In this document: one piece after another, positions 10,654-22,997 of the stretch
Numbering within the stretch: position 1 is the first letter of the stretch
Layout: each line of letters starts with the position of its first letter
Assembly: GCA_001179505.1 (NCBI GenBank)
Contig: CDMY01000447.1
Location: 248,001-312,000, forward strand
From: Vitrella brassicaformis CCMP3155
Lineage: Eukaryota > Protista > Chromerida
Length of the DNA: 64,000 nucleotides
Direction: 5' to 3'
The notes under the pieces: model-generated
What the model was told of the DNA's origin: nothing
The model's database searches: none
Seen by the model: only the letters and a program-made list of their open reading frames with translations
Position numbers and translations under genes: made by a program

Positions 10654-13600
10654 TCAATCGGCATCCCTGTGTGACCGTCGTCGTCTTTGCCGCCCGCTGC
10701 CAGTGTGCGGCGCCTCCCTCGTCTCCCCCCTCTCCGGCCGCTCGGGGCTGTTGCGTGAGGGCATGCAGGTGCCGCTGTGGGGCATGTCGCCGTGCTGCCA
10801 CATCGACATGGACGGTGACATGTCCATCAGCCCACTGCCGCTGCCAGGGTGGGTGGTGGTGGTGGTCGTCGGGGATGAGTCTTGTCTGGCGGGCCTCGCT
10901 GCTGCTGACTCGGACTGTGTGGCGCATTGGTGTTCGAATACGTCGGCGAAGTGCTGCCTAATCCACCACTGGCCGCGCTGCCAAGACTCGTTCAAAGACG
11001 CCTTCACGAACGAGATCAGGATAGAAGGCCCATGCATTATAGACAGACACAGAATGAGTAGAGGCCCTTCCCTTCCCTTGCCTCTTTCTGCTGACTGACC
11101 TCCACTGCCTGAGGGTCTGGTTCCACCACCTCAGCCCCCCTGTCGCCCTGCGCATCTGTAAGTCCCTCGGGTGAGATGGCCTCCCGCATCGAGCGCCCCG
11201 TGGGTGGGGCAAAGAAATACTCCCACAGACTGATCCTCAATGCACGCGGCCTGCTGCCCTTGAGCCACGGATTCTGATGGAATGGAAAGAAGGGGGCAGA
11301 CAAGGCGATGCGATGGACGGATGTGTGCAGTGCAACTGCACATGTGCTGTGCGACCCGGTGTGTGTTCTGTGTGGTGTGTGTGTGTGTAGGGTACCCTTC
11401 GGTCATCGATGAGTCTCATGACTGCTGGCTCCCTCTTGACGAGCTTGGTGATGAACGCCAGCAGCCAGCCCGGCGCACCCTTGCCGAAACTAAACACACA
11501 CAGACACGACACGACACGACACGACACAAGACACACGGCTCCTGGACTGAACGGTGCGGTGCCATCCTGTTCTCTATGTCACCTGATCTGGGCGCCCAGT
11601 GCCGCCAGCTTGATGAAGCGCAATGGCACAAACCTGCAGGAAGGAAAAAAGAGAATGTGGCGGATGCACGGACAGAACGGTGCCAGTGGATGGCTACCCT
11701 CTCCCCTCTGTCTACCAGAGTCTCCAGTCGAGTCTAGGAAGGTGTCCGAAGGCAATGCACGGTGGGGTCCGGTCGATGGCCCCCGGCTTGTAGTAGAGGT
11801 CGACTTCCACCCACCGCATCTGTCCGTCCACCTCGTGCAGCTCCTCAAACACCATCTCGAACCGGGATGTAGTCATGTTAGCAAACAGCCCTGCACAACG
11901 ACCGACCGACCGACCGACCGACAGACAAAGAGATGCATGGAAATCACCCATCCATCATTTCATTTCGTGTGTGTCTGTGTGTGGTTGGTGTGTCTGTGTG
12001 CAGTCTTGACTGCACTGACCGTACCGTAGGAGTTGCAGAGGCTGATGGGGGCGAGGAAGTCGTGCATCCAGAGGCACCAGTCGGGAGGCGCCACGCGGTA
12101 GCGGCGCCACACACGAAAAAGAGGCACACTATTGCCACACACATACACCTACACACAACACACACAACACACAACACACAACACACACAACACACACAAC
12201 ACACACAACACACACAACACACACAACACACACAACACACACAACACACACAACACACAACACACAACACACAACACATCCGTATTCATGGAGCCTGCCT
12301 GTAGCCATGGGAGGGTGGGTATGCTTACTCACTGACCCACCAGCATGAAGAGCAACACGAGGCACGTGACGGCCGCTGGGAGCCCCCTCCTCCGCCACTC
12401 CATCAAGTCACGGAAATCCCCACACACACCAGACATGTCCACACTCCGCAGAAGCGCACCGTTCCTCTCCCCTGGGGAGGGACCCACCAAGGAAACAGCG
12501 ACACATGCACGGCTCTGGAATGCATTCATATTATGATGTGATGTGGGCGCACCAGCGATGGCTTTGAGAATGCCGTCGTCGAGGAGGCTGATAGAGATGG
12601 CGACGGTGAGGCCATTGAAGAATCCGTAGTTGCCCGTCACACCGATGAGCACCATCAGGAGGGTGAAGCCCACGAAGGTGGCCAGCCGGCAGAAGCGCTC
12701 CCCGAAGATGGCTATGGGCAGGAGACACTGCAAAAAGTGGGTGCTGTAGCACTGGAACGCCTTCATCGGACCCCAATGCGCAAACCCTGCATGTCATGCA
12801 GGGGTCGAAGAGCGGACAACACACGTGCAGGCAGGCAGGCCTTTGCGTCACCTCTCCCTCCCTCCCTCCCTCCCTCCTCGCTCTCTCTCTCCTCGCTCAC
12901 ATGAGACCGGATTGGGCAGCGGCTGCGTGAAGTAGTGGTAGTGCATTGCCGTGTGGTTGGCCCACTTGGGACAGCTGGACGCTGTCAAGACAAGACAAGA
13001 CGCCAGCCAGAGAGCCACGTGCACACACGCTCTCCCTCGCTCACACAAGACCTCCGTCTGTCTTCTCTTTGTACTGACCGAATTTGCAGATGCCGGATGA
13101 GAACATGAGTTTGAAGAGGCAGATGCGGAAGACGTGGCAGGTGAGTGTGGCCGCTAGGGGCGTGTGGCGGCTGCACGCCCAGCTGCCCACCACCCCTATC
13201 ACATTGCACTCCAGCAGCAACGCGTCCCTGTGTGGGTGTATGTGTGTGTCAGTCAAGACAAGGAAGGATTAAGTCTGTGTGTGTCAGCAAGGCAAGGCAA
13301 GCCGCTTCTCGTTCGCACCCCCTCACCATTGGAAGTTCAAGAAGTCCCTCCCTGACAGACAGACAGACAGACAGACCAAGGGTAAAAGCAACACACGCTC
13401 ATCGCCGCTCTCCAGCACGCCAGCCAAGGTCCCCCCTCCCTCCCTCTCTCTCTGCTGTCAGTGTGTCGCCCACCAGTGAGTTTGAAGTTGTTGTACATGA
13501 CGAAGAGCAGGAGAAAGGCGAGGCTCTGGACCGCACAGATGGCCACACTCACATAGGGCAGCCGCCACATCCCGCTCGCAGGCACGAACCACAGCCCCGT

Positions 13601-14017
13601 CACCAGAAGCGTCAACACCGACACCACCAGCCCCGCATAAGCAGCCAACGAAGGTCTGTCACTCCAGGGGCCTCGCCAGAACAGCACGCACCCCTTGAGC
13701 ACCAGGTAGAGCAGAGGGGACCTCAAGGGCTGCTCATTCGACGCAGCAAGACGCTCTTGCATGATGCTGACAGATGACGAGAGGGGGAGGATGCCTCCCG
13801 ACGAGCTGATGAGTCCATCGACTTGCGGGACGAGTGAAGCGAAGGCGGCCACGTTGATAGCGGCGAGTGCGGCGAGCAGGGCGCGCAGTGTGACGGTTGA
13901 AGAGAAGAAGCAGCCGCTCCACGCGATGGATGCCACCGATATAACGCAGATGAGTCCAGACCAGAAATGACATGCCGAATCGCTCAGAAATGCTATCGGA
14001 GCCTCCCGACCTTCCAT
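10654..14017 (-). CDS. Lipase maturation factor (LMF1/2 family), multi-exon ER membrane protein
   Basis: Motifs FLNFQW, FKLMFSSGICK, WANHTAMHYHYFTQPLPNP, TGNYGFFN, NSYGLFANMTTSRFE, YKPGAIDRTPP...HLPRLDWRLWF and GQWW, all typical of the LMF family. Confidence 0.92.
12150..12278. repeat. Compound (CACACACAA/CACACAA)n microsatellite inside an LMF intron
   Basis: Directly visible tandem 7-9 nt CA-rich units. They generate the spurious poly-CV and poly-HT ORFs in the track. Confidence 0.95.
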
Positions 14018-14060
14018 TTATGACGGCACCAGCCTTGATGAAGTTCACGCCTTTCTGGAC

Positions 14061-14085
14061 TGCGAGCTTAGGAAACATGCGAGCT
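14061..14085 (+). promoter_or_regulatory. Two TGCGAGCTT elements in the LMF/ERD2 divergent promoter
   Basis: Copies at 14061-14068 and 14078-14085. Confidence 0.55.
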
Positions 14086-14227
14086 TGAAAAAAGTGGCGA
14101 TTCGTTCGTGCCCTTCTACACCTTGGATGTCCTTCAGCCGACATACGTGCGTGAGAAATCGGGATATTGACGTTGTTTGTGGCCGTCGATAGATCCTGGG
14201 ATAGATCTCGTCATTCATTCTCAGAGG

Positions 14228-15274
14228 ATGGATATCGATGTCCACGAGAGCCTCAACTATGGGTCAGGAACGAAAACGAACAACTGCACACTTGTTAAAG
14301 CGACTCCTTCGTCATCTTCACTTGATTGCTCCATGAACGAATGGTGTGTGTTGCAGGACGGCACTGATGTGGTTTGGAAGCAAATACAGCCACAGACAGA
14401 TCTATGCATCTATGTGTTGCCTTCGCCGTCACTCATCTGTTGATCTCTCCGTGGTGTGTGTAATGTATGTGCATCCTGATGGATGGCAGGTTCTTGGCCT
14501 ACGCGGCGGTGCTATGGAAGCTGCAGACGGACCGGAGTGCCCTGGGGATGTCACTGCAGACGCTCTTCGCCCTGGTCTTCACCGAAATCAACAATGTCAT
14601 CCTGCAGGTCATGCTCAGCCACAAATACAAGTTCCCACTGGGGGCGGCCTTCTATGTCTGCGACGTCGCCACCACCGCCCTCTCCACCTTCTGCTTCTTC
14701 TACGTCTTGAAGCACTTCTACGCCACCTACGAGAGCACCAAAGACACATTCGGGCTCAAATTCTTCCGGGCGGTGTTTGGGGCACAAGTGGCCCGGTCGT
14801 CCTACTGGCTGTTTCTGTACCTTGTGGCCTTCATGCTGGCCGTGCCTCTGTTCCTATTCCGGCGCTCGCCGCTGCCGGGCGCTTTCAGCATATACGAGTG
14901 CTTCGACGACGCCCTGCTGGCCGTGGCGCTGCTGCCGCAGCTGTACATGTTCTATAACAAGAGGCCGCGCAAAGTGAGCGGCATATTGGGCAACTTCATC
15001 ATCTTCCTCCTCATGGCCCGGCTGTGCGCTCTCACATACTGGTAGGTCAAGACAGCACACACACACACACAGGGAAGCAGACAGCGATGGATGGATGGAT
15101 GGATGGATGGATGGACTCAGGTTGACTTATCCGCTGTTCAAGCGTGGAGCGATTCCGTCGAGGGGTCTGCACATCGCCACTGAGTCGCTCAACATTCTCA
15201 TCCTCATCGACTTCCTCTACTACTACCTGGTGGCCAAGGCCAAGGGAATGGCCGACATCTCACTGCCTATATGA
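14228..15274 (+). CDS. ER lumen protein-retaining receptor (ERD2/KDELR)-like 7TM protein, 4 exons
   Basis: KLQTDRSALGMSLQT, TYESTKDTF, AVALLPQL, IDFLYYY and a C-terminal SLPI match the PQ-loop/ERD2 fold. Exons join in phase. Confidence 0.85.
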
Positions 15275-16706
15275 TGACACACCTGGCTGGTGGCGGACGG
15301 AGGGAGGACCGACCTGTCAGTCTGAAGATTGGCTATCTATCGGTGGATTGGCTGATTGATTAGTGGACGGATGGGTGGCCATGGGTGGACGGGACGGGCC
15401 GGTGTGGATAACCACGTGTGTGTACTGTGTACAGCCATCCAGACCATCCAGAGAACAAAGACACAGACAGCCAAACAGACATACATAGAGCCCAGGCCTA
15501 TTTGTCCGGTACGTGTGTGTGTTGATGGATGCCTTCTCTGATGTGATGTGCGTGACGTTGCCCAATTATGTATGTCTTGTGTCATGCATGCTTTACATTA
15601 ACCGTCCTTTTCGTGTGTCTCTCCCAGTCGTCACAAGTAGTCTCTTCACACCATCCAGGCAGCAACACACCACCTCACCACTGATGCAGCCCAATGCGGG
15701 CACGAAAAACAGCCGTGTAGAAAAGGCCGGGACGGCACGCAGTAGGGGGCCATCTCATCTCATCCAACCATGCGCCATCCATCCATCCATCCACGTTGAG
15801 AAATCACCGTAAGTGCCCAAGAGAAGACGCAACATCAAGTCTAACCTCAGCTGTCAAGTCAGAACTCACGTCATCCACACACGGATGAGATGAGATGCCT
15901 GTGGGGCCAGTGTGTGAGTGAGGGCGCATACATACATACATGCCTGCCTACACGGAACAGATGAGGTGGCGTCGATGGATAAAAGAAACCGACAAAAACA
16001 AAGACCAGGCGGCCATTCCAAACGTCCATCCATCCATCCATCCATCCATCGATCCATTGTGTGCTCCCCGAGTGCCGGGCCCGTCGCTGAACGGCGGGCC
16101 ATCTCACACCGAGTTACGCACAACATACAGACAGACAGACATACACACCCGCCCCCGACAAGCACCACCACCACCACCACCCGATTTTTTCGGTCAACGA
16201 GAACAGCGCCGACGCACATAAGTAGACGGGAGAGGACAGCGGCACACCACGCCCAGGCACACAACAACAACAACAACGACAAAAACAAAAAACCCGGCCG
16301 CACATCGACGGCTAGAGGTAGAACGTAATCAACACAAACGAAAAGGAAAGGGAGTATCGTCACGACACTCGGCGAAACAGTATCCGCAACATACCATACG
16401 GTGCGGTGGGCAAAAAGAAAGATAGGATAAAGAAAGGAGAACAAAAGGCAACGGGTAGGGCTGCTGTCGGTTGTCGAAGAAAGTAAGACACGCAACCATG
16501 AAAGGAAATCAAAAAAGGCAGAGAGGCAGCCGCTGCGGCTGCTCAAAAGCAATACAATACACTAGCTAATTAATTAACGTACATCCATACCATAGACAAA
16601 AACAAGAAACAGCCATCCTCTCCCCTCTGTCTACGTGAGTGCGCGGGGCCTCTTCTCCTGGTGGCGGTGGGTTGGGTGGTACACACAACAAAAAAGACAG
16701 GACACT

Positions 16707-16740
16707 CGGCGAGCGACATACACCGGCGAGCGACATACAC
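16707..16740. repeat. Exact 17-bp tandem duplication (CGGCGAGCGACATACAC x2)
   Basis: Seen directly at 16707-16723 and 16724-16740. Confidence 0.9.
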
Positions 16741-18274
16741 AACACCATGACGCCACGGCCGCCGCATATGTGTGTGATGGTTGGTGAGTTAGCACCGGGA
16801 GACCTCTCTCTCGATTGAAAAAAAGTGAGTGGCAGACAGACAGCCAGGCGCCAAATCCATCCATCCATCCATCGACCAGGCCAGGACATCCACGTGCAGG
16901 ACGCCGGATTGTGTTGACGAGTAGAGAACAAGGCATGGCAGCACATATGTATGTATGGCATGGTACGGAGGCGGGAGGGAGGGCCCTATAAAAAGGTGGC
17001 CGTGAATGCGTGTGTATCCATCCATCCACCCCTGTCCTCGGTGAGTGAGTGAGCAAGGCAAGGCGGACATCCATGTCAACCAGCCACCCATACACACATG
17101 AGCCACATGGACAGCCAGACAGGCAGGGAGCCAGCCAGGAAGACAGGCAGGCAAGGTGCCGACCACAAATAGCATCATGCAGAGCCAGGTGAGTGGGTGG
17201 GTGGGATTCATCGATCGTATCATACATACCCGACGCAGTGGCACCGCACCCACAGGGAGTATGCAGGCACCACCAACACGGCACACCGATCAAACAAATA
17301 GGAAACAAGACATCAATGCACTAGGCAGGCAGGCAGGCAGGCATGTGTTAGCTAAACGTTTTCTGGACTGGACACCAGCCACTTGGCGCTCCATACGTGT
17401 ACGCCTGACGATGGCCACTTGTGTGGCGAGCTCCCCCCTTGTGTTGGTGTGGGTGCTTGGCACGCCACGCCAAACACCAGGCCAGGTGGACAGCCAGATG
17501 GAAAGTCGGGGGGGAGGGAGGGAGAGAGAGGGGCTAGCGCCGAGTCAACGACGACACAAATTTATCTATCTATGTATCAGCAAATCGCCACGGACACACC
17601 TGCCTCAATCACTCCATAAATTCGTAAGTTGGTGCATCCAGGCGGACGACAAACAGCCATTCCACACACTCGACAAAGAGACGGCCAGACAGGCAGGCAG
17701 GCAGGCAGACAGGTGTGTAGGGCTCGTTTCGCAGCAACAGATATACCGGCTGGCAGGGCAGGCACCAGCCAGACCAAGGGTGAATTGCACGACAAACACA
17801 CACACATAAATCAATGACATCGACAAAGAGGCACAGCTACACACAAAGAAACCCACAACAACGAGGACACGTGCGACAGCTGTTATCTCTGCGCACGTGC
17901 CTTTCTCTGGTGGGTGTTGAGAAGAACGGTGGGTGTGTTTACTCTACAGAGGCAGTCGTGGGAGTGCTGCCTGCGTGATCCTCTCCTCTCCCCTCTCTCT
18001 GTCTATTTCTTTCCCCGCTCTATCTCTCGACGGGTCTGTCTGTCTGTCTGTCTCTCTGGTAAGTATCAATCAGTCCACGAATGCAGTGAGGGAGCAAGGC
18101 AAGGCGGTATCGTCTATCTGTGTGTGCGGGGGGAGGCAGGCAGGTACATGCAGCCAGACAGCCAGCAGTAAGGCAGCCACTCACATACGAATGTATCTAT
18201 CGCGCCACCCATCCATCCATCCATATCATATCTGTCACCTTCCCACCTCCCTCCCTCCCACCACACTCAGCCAC

Positions 18275-20127
18275 TCACTGGGTCATCCGCACACTCCTGA
18301 CCGTTCTGGGATTCCACTTGCTGATGGTGGTGTTGGCCGCACTCACATACCCCGCTGCCGCGCTGCACCGCCGCACCGTCTTGACCATGTTGTACCCCTC
18401 ACACACCAACGAGTGGCCGTCGCCACGGACGAATGAAGTGCACGCCACTGCGGCGCCATCCTCGGGCTTGTCGGAAGGGGCCTCCTTCTGGCCGGGTGTG
18501 ATGGCGTGGTCGTCCTCCTTCGGCTCGCGCGGGGCGGAGATCAGCGAGGGAGCAGCGGCCAACGGCTCTGCAACGGCACCAGAGGCGTCGCACGGCTCGA
18601 CGTCGACGACCTGCAGACAGAGACCAGCAAGAGCGATACGGGCAGTGCAGTGCAATCCATTCACTTTGCTGTGTGAGAAGTGTGCAACACACCTGTGGTT
18701 TGCCGTCCTGAGGCCCGTCAACACCCGGTAGCACCACACCCCCCACCTCGTCAGATACCTCACAGCCCACCGAGTAACCCTCCCCCGACCTCTCGGCCTC
18801 AACGAACACGATGGCCACGGGTGACTCCCGTTTGGCAGGCGCCTCCTCTCGGCCGCCATCTGCGGCGGCGTGTTGGTTTTGCTCGTACTCGAATGGTGCG
18901 GGGAGGGGGGAAGGAACGGAAGCAGACACGCCATCCGGCTCACCACAAGCAGCGGCAGCGGCGCGCGAACGGCCCTCGTCAACGACCTGACAGACCAAAC
19001 AATGAAGGCAACCGCACCCATCCATTCATCCATCCATGCGAGTGTTGTGTTACCATGTGAGAGGGTCGGCCTCACTCATTCCCTCACCTGTGCAGAGCCG
19101 TCGTCAACCTCGTCAGCAATGCCCTCCACCTCGCCCACCATGACCACACCGTCGTCAACGGCATCATTGCCGACGATCTCCATGGGCGTCGACTCGCCGT
19201 TGTGTTGGGAGGGGGCGGGGAGGGGAGAGGGAGCACCAGCGGACACGTGGAGCGCCGCAGCATCCGGCTGGTCAGCATAAGCGGCCACGATGGCACACGA
19301 ACGGCCCTCGTCAGCACCACGATACAACTGAAGACACACAGAGACACCCCAAGACCAACACAACACACACGTGCACCCACCCTATGCTAATCTCGGGTGT
19401 GGGTCGGCCTCACTCGTCCCCTCACCTGTGCAGAGCCGTCGTCAACCTCGTCAACAACAACACCCACTACGACATCCACATCCCTGATCCCCACCCCATC
19501 GCCACCATCCCCACCAAACACACCCTCGCCAGCAGCCCCGCTATCCTCCTGCACCATCCCTTGGCGGCTCGTGTCGTACTGTGTCGTCAGGAGGGGGGCG
19601 GGGGAGGGGGACACACGCACTGCCGACGACTGACGGTGTGAGGCTGACTTGTCCACACCCACCGCTGCACGCCCCTCGTCGCCCACACGTGTGCCCTTCG
19701 TCACGTTGGCGCGGGTCGGCGGCTTGGGCGGCGGGGCCTTGCGGGCGACTGGACACTTGTTGCGACCTCCGGCGAGCTTGCGGTTCTTCTGGAGCATCTC
19801 CCGATATCTCCTCAGCTCCTCCTCCTTGGCCCTCTCATGTGCCCTCGCCTTGGCCGCCGCCCTCTCCCTCTGGCGCACAGCCGCTGCGGCCATATGCAGA
19901 TTGACGTCAGGTCGACCACTGGGCGGCTTGCTGGCGATGCATGCACCGCTACCGAGTCCTGCAGGCCGCTGAGGACGGCTCTGGTGGCCACTGCAGTGAG
20001 GCTGCGCCTTGCTGCTGGTGCCGGGGGGTCCTTTGGGGGGATAGATGCCGCAGCCCATGTAGCTTGCACGCCCCGACAGTCCGTAGTCTGCCACGAGACC
20101 GTTCTTCCTCACCGCCGGCGGCGGCAT
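18275..20127 (-). CDS. Hypothetical low-complexity protein with short coiled coil and internally duplicated acidic exons, about 4 exons
   Basis: Long ORF 19387-20166 (MPPPAVRKNG...RAKEEELRRYREMLQK). Successive exons end in EVDDGSAQ followed by near-identical gtgagg donor regions. Last exon runs 18613-18275. Confidence 0.55.
19063..19453. repeat. 53-bp near-identical direct repeat (19063-19115 and 19401-19453) spanning exon end and intron donor
   Basis: gggtcggcctcactcattccctcacctgtgcagagccgtcgtcaacctcgtca versus gggtcggcctcactcgtcccctcacctgtgcagagccgtcgtcaacctcgtca. Confidence 0.9.
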
Positions 20128-20249
20128 GATGCCGATATGGTGCGAAACGGCGAGAGAACTTATCAAACACTGGCAATTGTTCTGTTGCTGCCTGCTACGT
20201 GTGCTTTGGTTCCTTTCCCCGTTTTCTCTCGAGAGCTCGATGATTGCGC

Positions 20250-20257
20250 GCGAGCTT
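20250..20257 (+). promoter_or_regulatory. GCGAGCTT variant in the hypothetical/LHC divergent promoter
   Basis: Lies between the starts at 20127 (-) and 20363 (+). Confidence 0.4.
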
Positions 20258-20362
20258 TATCATACGCTCGCAGGTGAAGAAGATCTTCAGGACTTCTCCC
20301 TCTCGAAGTACGTGAGGCTGCCAGGTGGAGCCGCTGCAGCCCAGATCTGCAGCCGGCGCGCG

Positions 20363-21499
20363 ATGGAATCGTCGCTGTCATCAGCATCAGCCATGGCGGT
20401 GTCCCTGCTCTCTCTCGTGACGTTCGTCGCATCAGAGGTCACCTCCGCCTTCATCGTCCCGCTGGATCTGCTGCAGGGCGACCGGAGCTTCACCAGCACC
20501 CATCGGCAGGCTTTCCAGCAGGCAGGCGCGAAGCGCTCGCTGCACAGGCCGTATTATGGTGGGTCGTCGCGGTGCCCGTTTGTGAGGCTCTACGCCAGGC
20601 GGACCGGCCTTGGTGACGGAGATGACTCTGCTCCGGAGGGGGAGGCCGAAAGCAAGCTGACGGCGGACGACTACCTGTTGCTGAGCAGCTTGAACGACCG
20701 CATCTACGAGCTGGGGCTGGAGGCATACGCCGCTGAGCACTCTGGGCGGTCACAAGACAGCGATCCCGAGGCAGCGCTCGTGTCTTCTTCTTCTTCTTCT
20801 TCCTCCTCCTCTACTATCCCCGAGGCAGCGGAGATGGGCGACTTGGTCAGCTCTTCTTACTTCCCCTCCTCCAGCCGGCGCACCTACTACGACAGGTTTT
20901 GGCAGTCACGCAACCTCGACGGCGTCACGGCCAGCGACTTCTCCGACCTGCGCGCCTCATCCGACGCGCGGGACTCCTTTCGCATGAACCTCGTGGCGCG
21001 TGGGATGCTCATGTGGCTGATGGTGCTCAACCAGTACCATGAGAAGCGGAAGGCGCAGGACCCTTCGTATGTGCCGCCACACGAGGCCCTTGAGGCCAGG
21101 GAGAGGGAGATAGCCGACACGAGGCAGGCGGACATCAGCTTCCTCAGGGAGGCGGAGCTCAAGCACGGCCGAACCGCTTTGGTGCTGCTGTTCGGGTACC
21201 TCTTCCACATGGCCACCCACACACTGCCGATGGGCGCCAATGTGTTCTCTCTGTTCGCCTCGAAGTGGCTGCCGATGCCCGGGGCGGTCGGGCGGTTCCT
21301 GCAGCTGTTCCTCATCCCAGCCTATGTGGAGCTGGCCTCCATGTCTGCGGTGGGGAAGCGGCTGAGCGACTGGCTCAACAAGAAGGCCTGGGGGGACCTG
21401 GAGAAACACATGACCACTCTGCGGTCGGCGTCGGAGGCTCTCTCAAATATGAGGGTGTCGGAGCTCATTCACGGCAGGTCGGTGCCAACATGGACAGGG

Positions 21500-21538
<39 letters not shown>

Positions 21539-21705
21539 GCAGGCAGTTCTCATTCTCATGTGTGTGGTGTGGTGTGGTGTGATTCAGGTCAGCGATGGTG
21601 GTGGTGTCGTTGCTGGTGTTGTGGCAAGCGACGCACTCGCCCGAGTTCGTGGCCGCCATACAGTCGGCAACCGTCGCCACGGCTGACCCCACATCCGCTT
21701 GCTGA
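20363..21705 (+). CDS. Divergent three-helix light-harvesting complex (LHC)-like protein with bipartite plastid-targeting sequence, 2 exons
   Basis: Signal peptide ending VTSA-FIVP followed by a transit-like region. Helix 1 FLREAELKHGRTALV, helix 2 RFLQLFLIPAYVEL, helix 3 (across the intron at about 21478-21587) RVSELIHGRSAMVVVSLLVLWQ. TGA at 21703-21705. Confidence 0.8.
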
Positions 21706-22997
21706 CCATGCCCCCTCCCCCCTCCGTTGCTTTTGCCTCCCCTCTCCTTGTCTGTCTGCCTGTCTCTCTGTCTGCTTACCTTGCCTGGCTTCTCCTCGCA
21801 GTTTTGGTTGGCCTTATTGTCCGTGTTATGTGCAGTCTCCATCCATCCCTTCACTCACGGTCTGTCTGTCTGTCTGCTTGCGTGTGTGTATGGTATGCGT
21901 CACCCAGTATTTTTGAGGTGGCTGCTGGCTTGGCTTGCGGGACACACACACACACACGCACGCCATGCCTGCATCCCTATGATGCGCTGTGCGTGTTGCG
22001 TTGTGTTGCGTTGTGTGGTGTGGTGTGGTGTGGGGGAGGATGATTGAGCGGAGAGAGAAGGCAGTGGTGTGGTGTACAGGTGTGTGGGGTTGGTGTGGGC
22101 GGAGCGGAGAGGGCGGGGAGGGGAGGGATTGAGGGGAAGGAATCGATCGCAGTGATTGAGTCAGAGCGGGTGTGGGTGTGGGTGTGCGATGCACACACAC
22201 GTGTGTACCCTTCCCTTGCGACAATATGTGTGTGTCCATGTCCGTGTCGATGTCCGTGGATGAGATGAGTGTGTTATGCTGCCTGTGGTCCGGTCCAACA
22301 GGAGAAGAAATGAGCTGACTGTGATGTCAGACAGCGTCGAGAGGGGGCCGGGGTGGATGTGTGTGTATGGGTGTGCACACAACTGGGACACATTGGTCTG
22401 TCTGACGGCAGAGAGCGGCCGAGCACACGCGTGTGAACGTGATGAGTGCGGCTCTTTTTCTGTGAGAGCAAGGCGAGCAAACGAATTCATCTTAGTAGCG
22501 AGCGGAGTGGAGTCAACAAGGGGAGGAAGGGGGAGGAATGGTCTTCTGTGTCGGGTCTAGCTTATCTTCCGTCTCCGTATCCAGCTCCCCAGGCAGAGAG
22601 CGACAGCATCTCTGTGTCTGCTCAGTTGGGTGTGGCTGTGGAAGACAGGCAAGAGCCAGCCAGACACGGACACTCACGTGAGGGTGGTGAGGGTGACCGA
22701 ACACTCTGTGGTGTCTGAATACACTCTCGCTGAATCCGTCTTTGCGACTCATCCCCCCGCATGATTGTCGTTGTTGCAAAGGTGACGCAATCCGACACAC
22801 ACACACACACGTGACACACACGTCTGACATGAATTAGTCGAAATCACCGATAGTACACCACCAATATGGTCGTCGAGTCACACCCACTCACGCACATGAC
22901 GCACACGGCATACACCAACCACGACCAATGCTGCCGGACCGAATGTCGCTAGCTGTCTGTGTCGCACCGCTTGTCCGTCCGTCCGTCCGTCCGTCTG

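Noticed and set aside
12150-12278. Repeat array considered as CRISPR-like or telomeric
   Set aside because: It has no spacers and is not a telomere unit. It is a simple intronic microsatellite in a eukaryotic gene.
11944-12335. Cys/Val-rich and His/Thr/Asn-rich ORFs resembling metal-binding proteins
   Set aside because: They are translations of an intronic CA-rich microsatellite.
15866-16552. 228-aa hydrophobic minus-strand ORF
   Set aside because: It derives from A-rich and microsatellite low-complexity sequence, with no motif or exon-like composition.
20126-21916. 596-aa ORF read as one protein
   Set aside because: The signal peptide begins at 20363. The ORF reads through an intron (GA/GT repeats after about 21478), and the real third LHC helix is completed in another frame.
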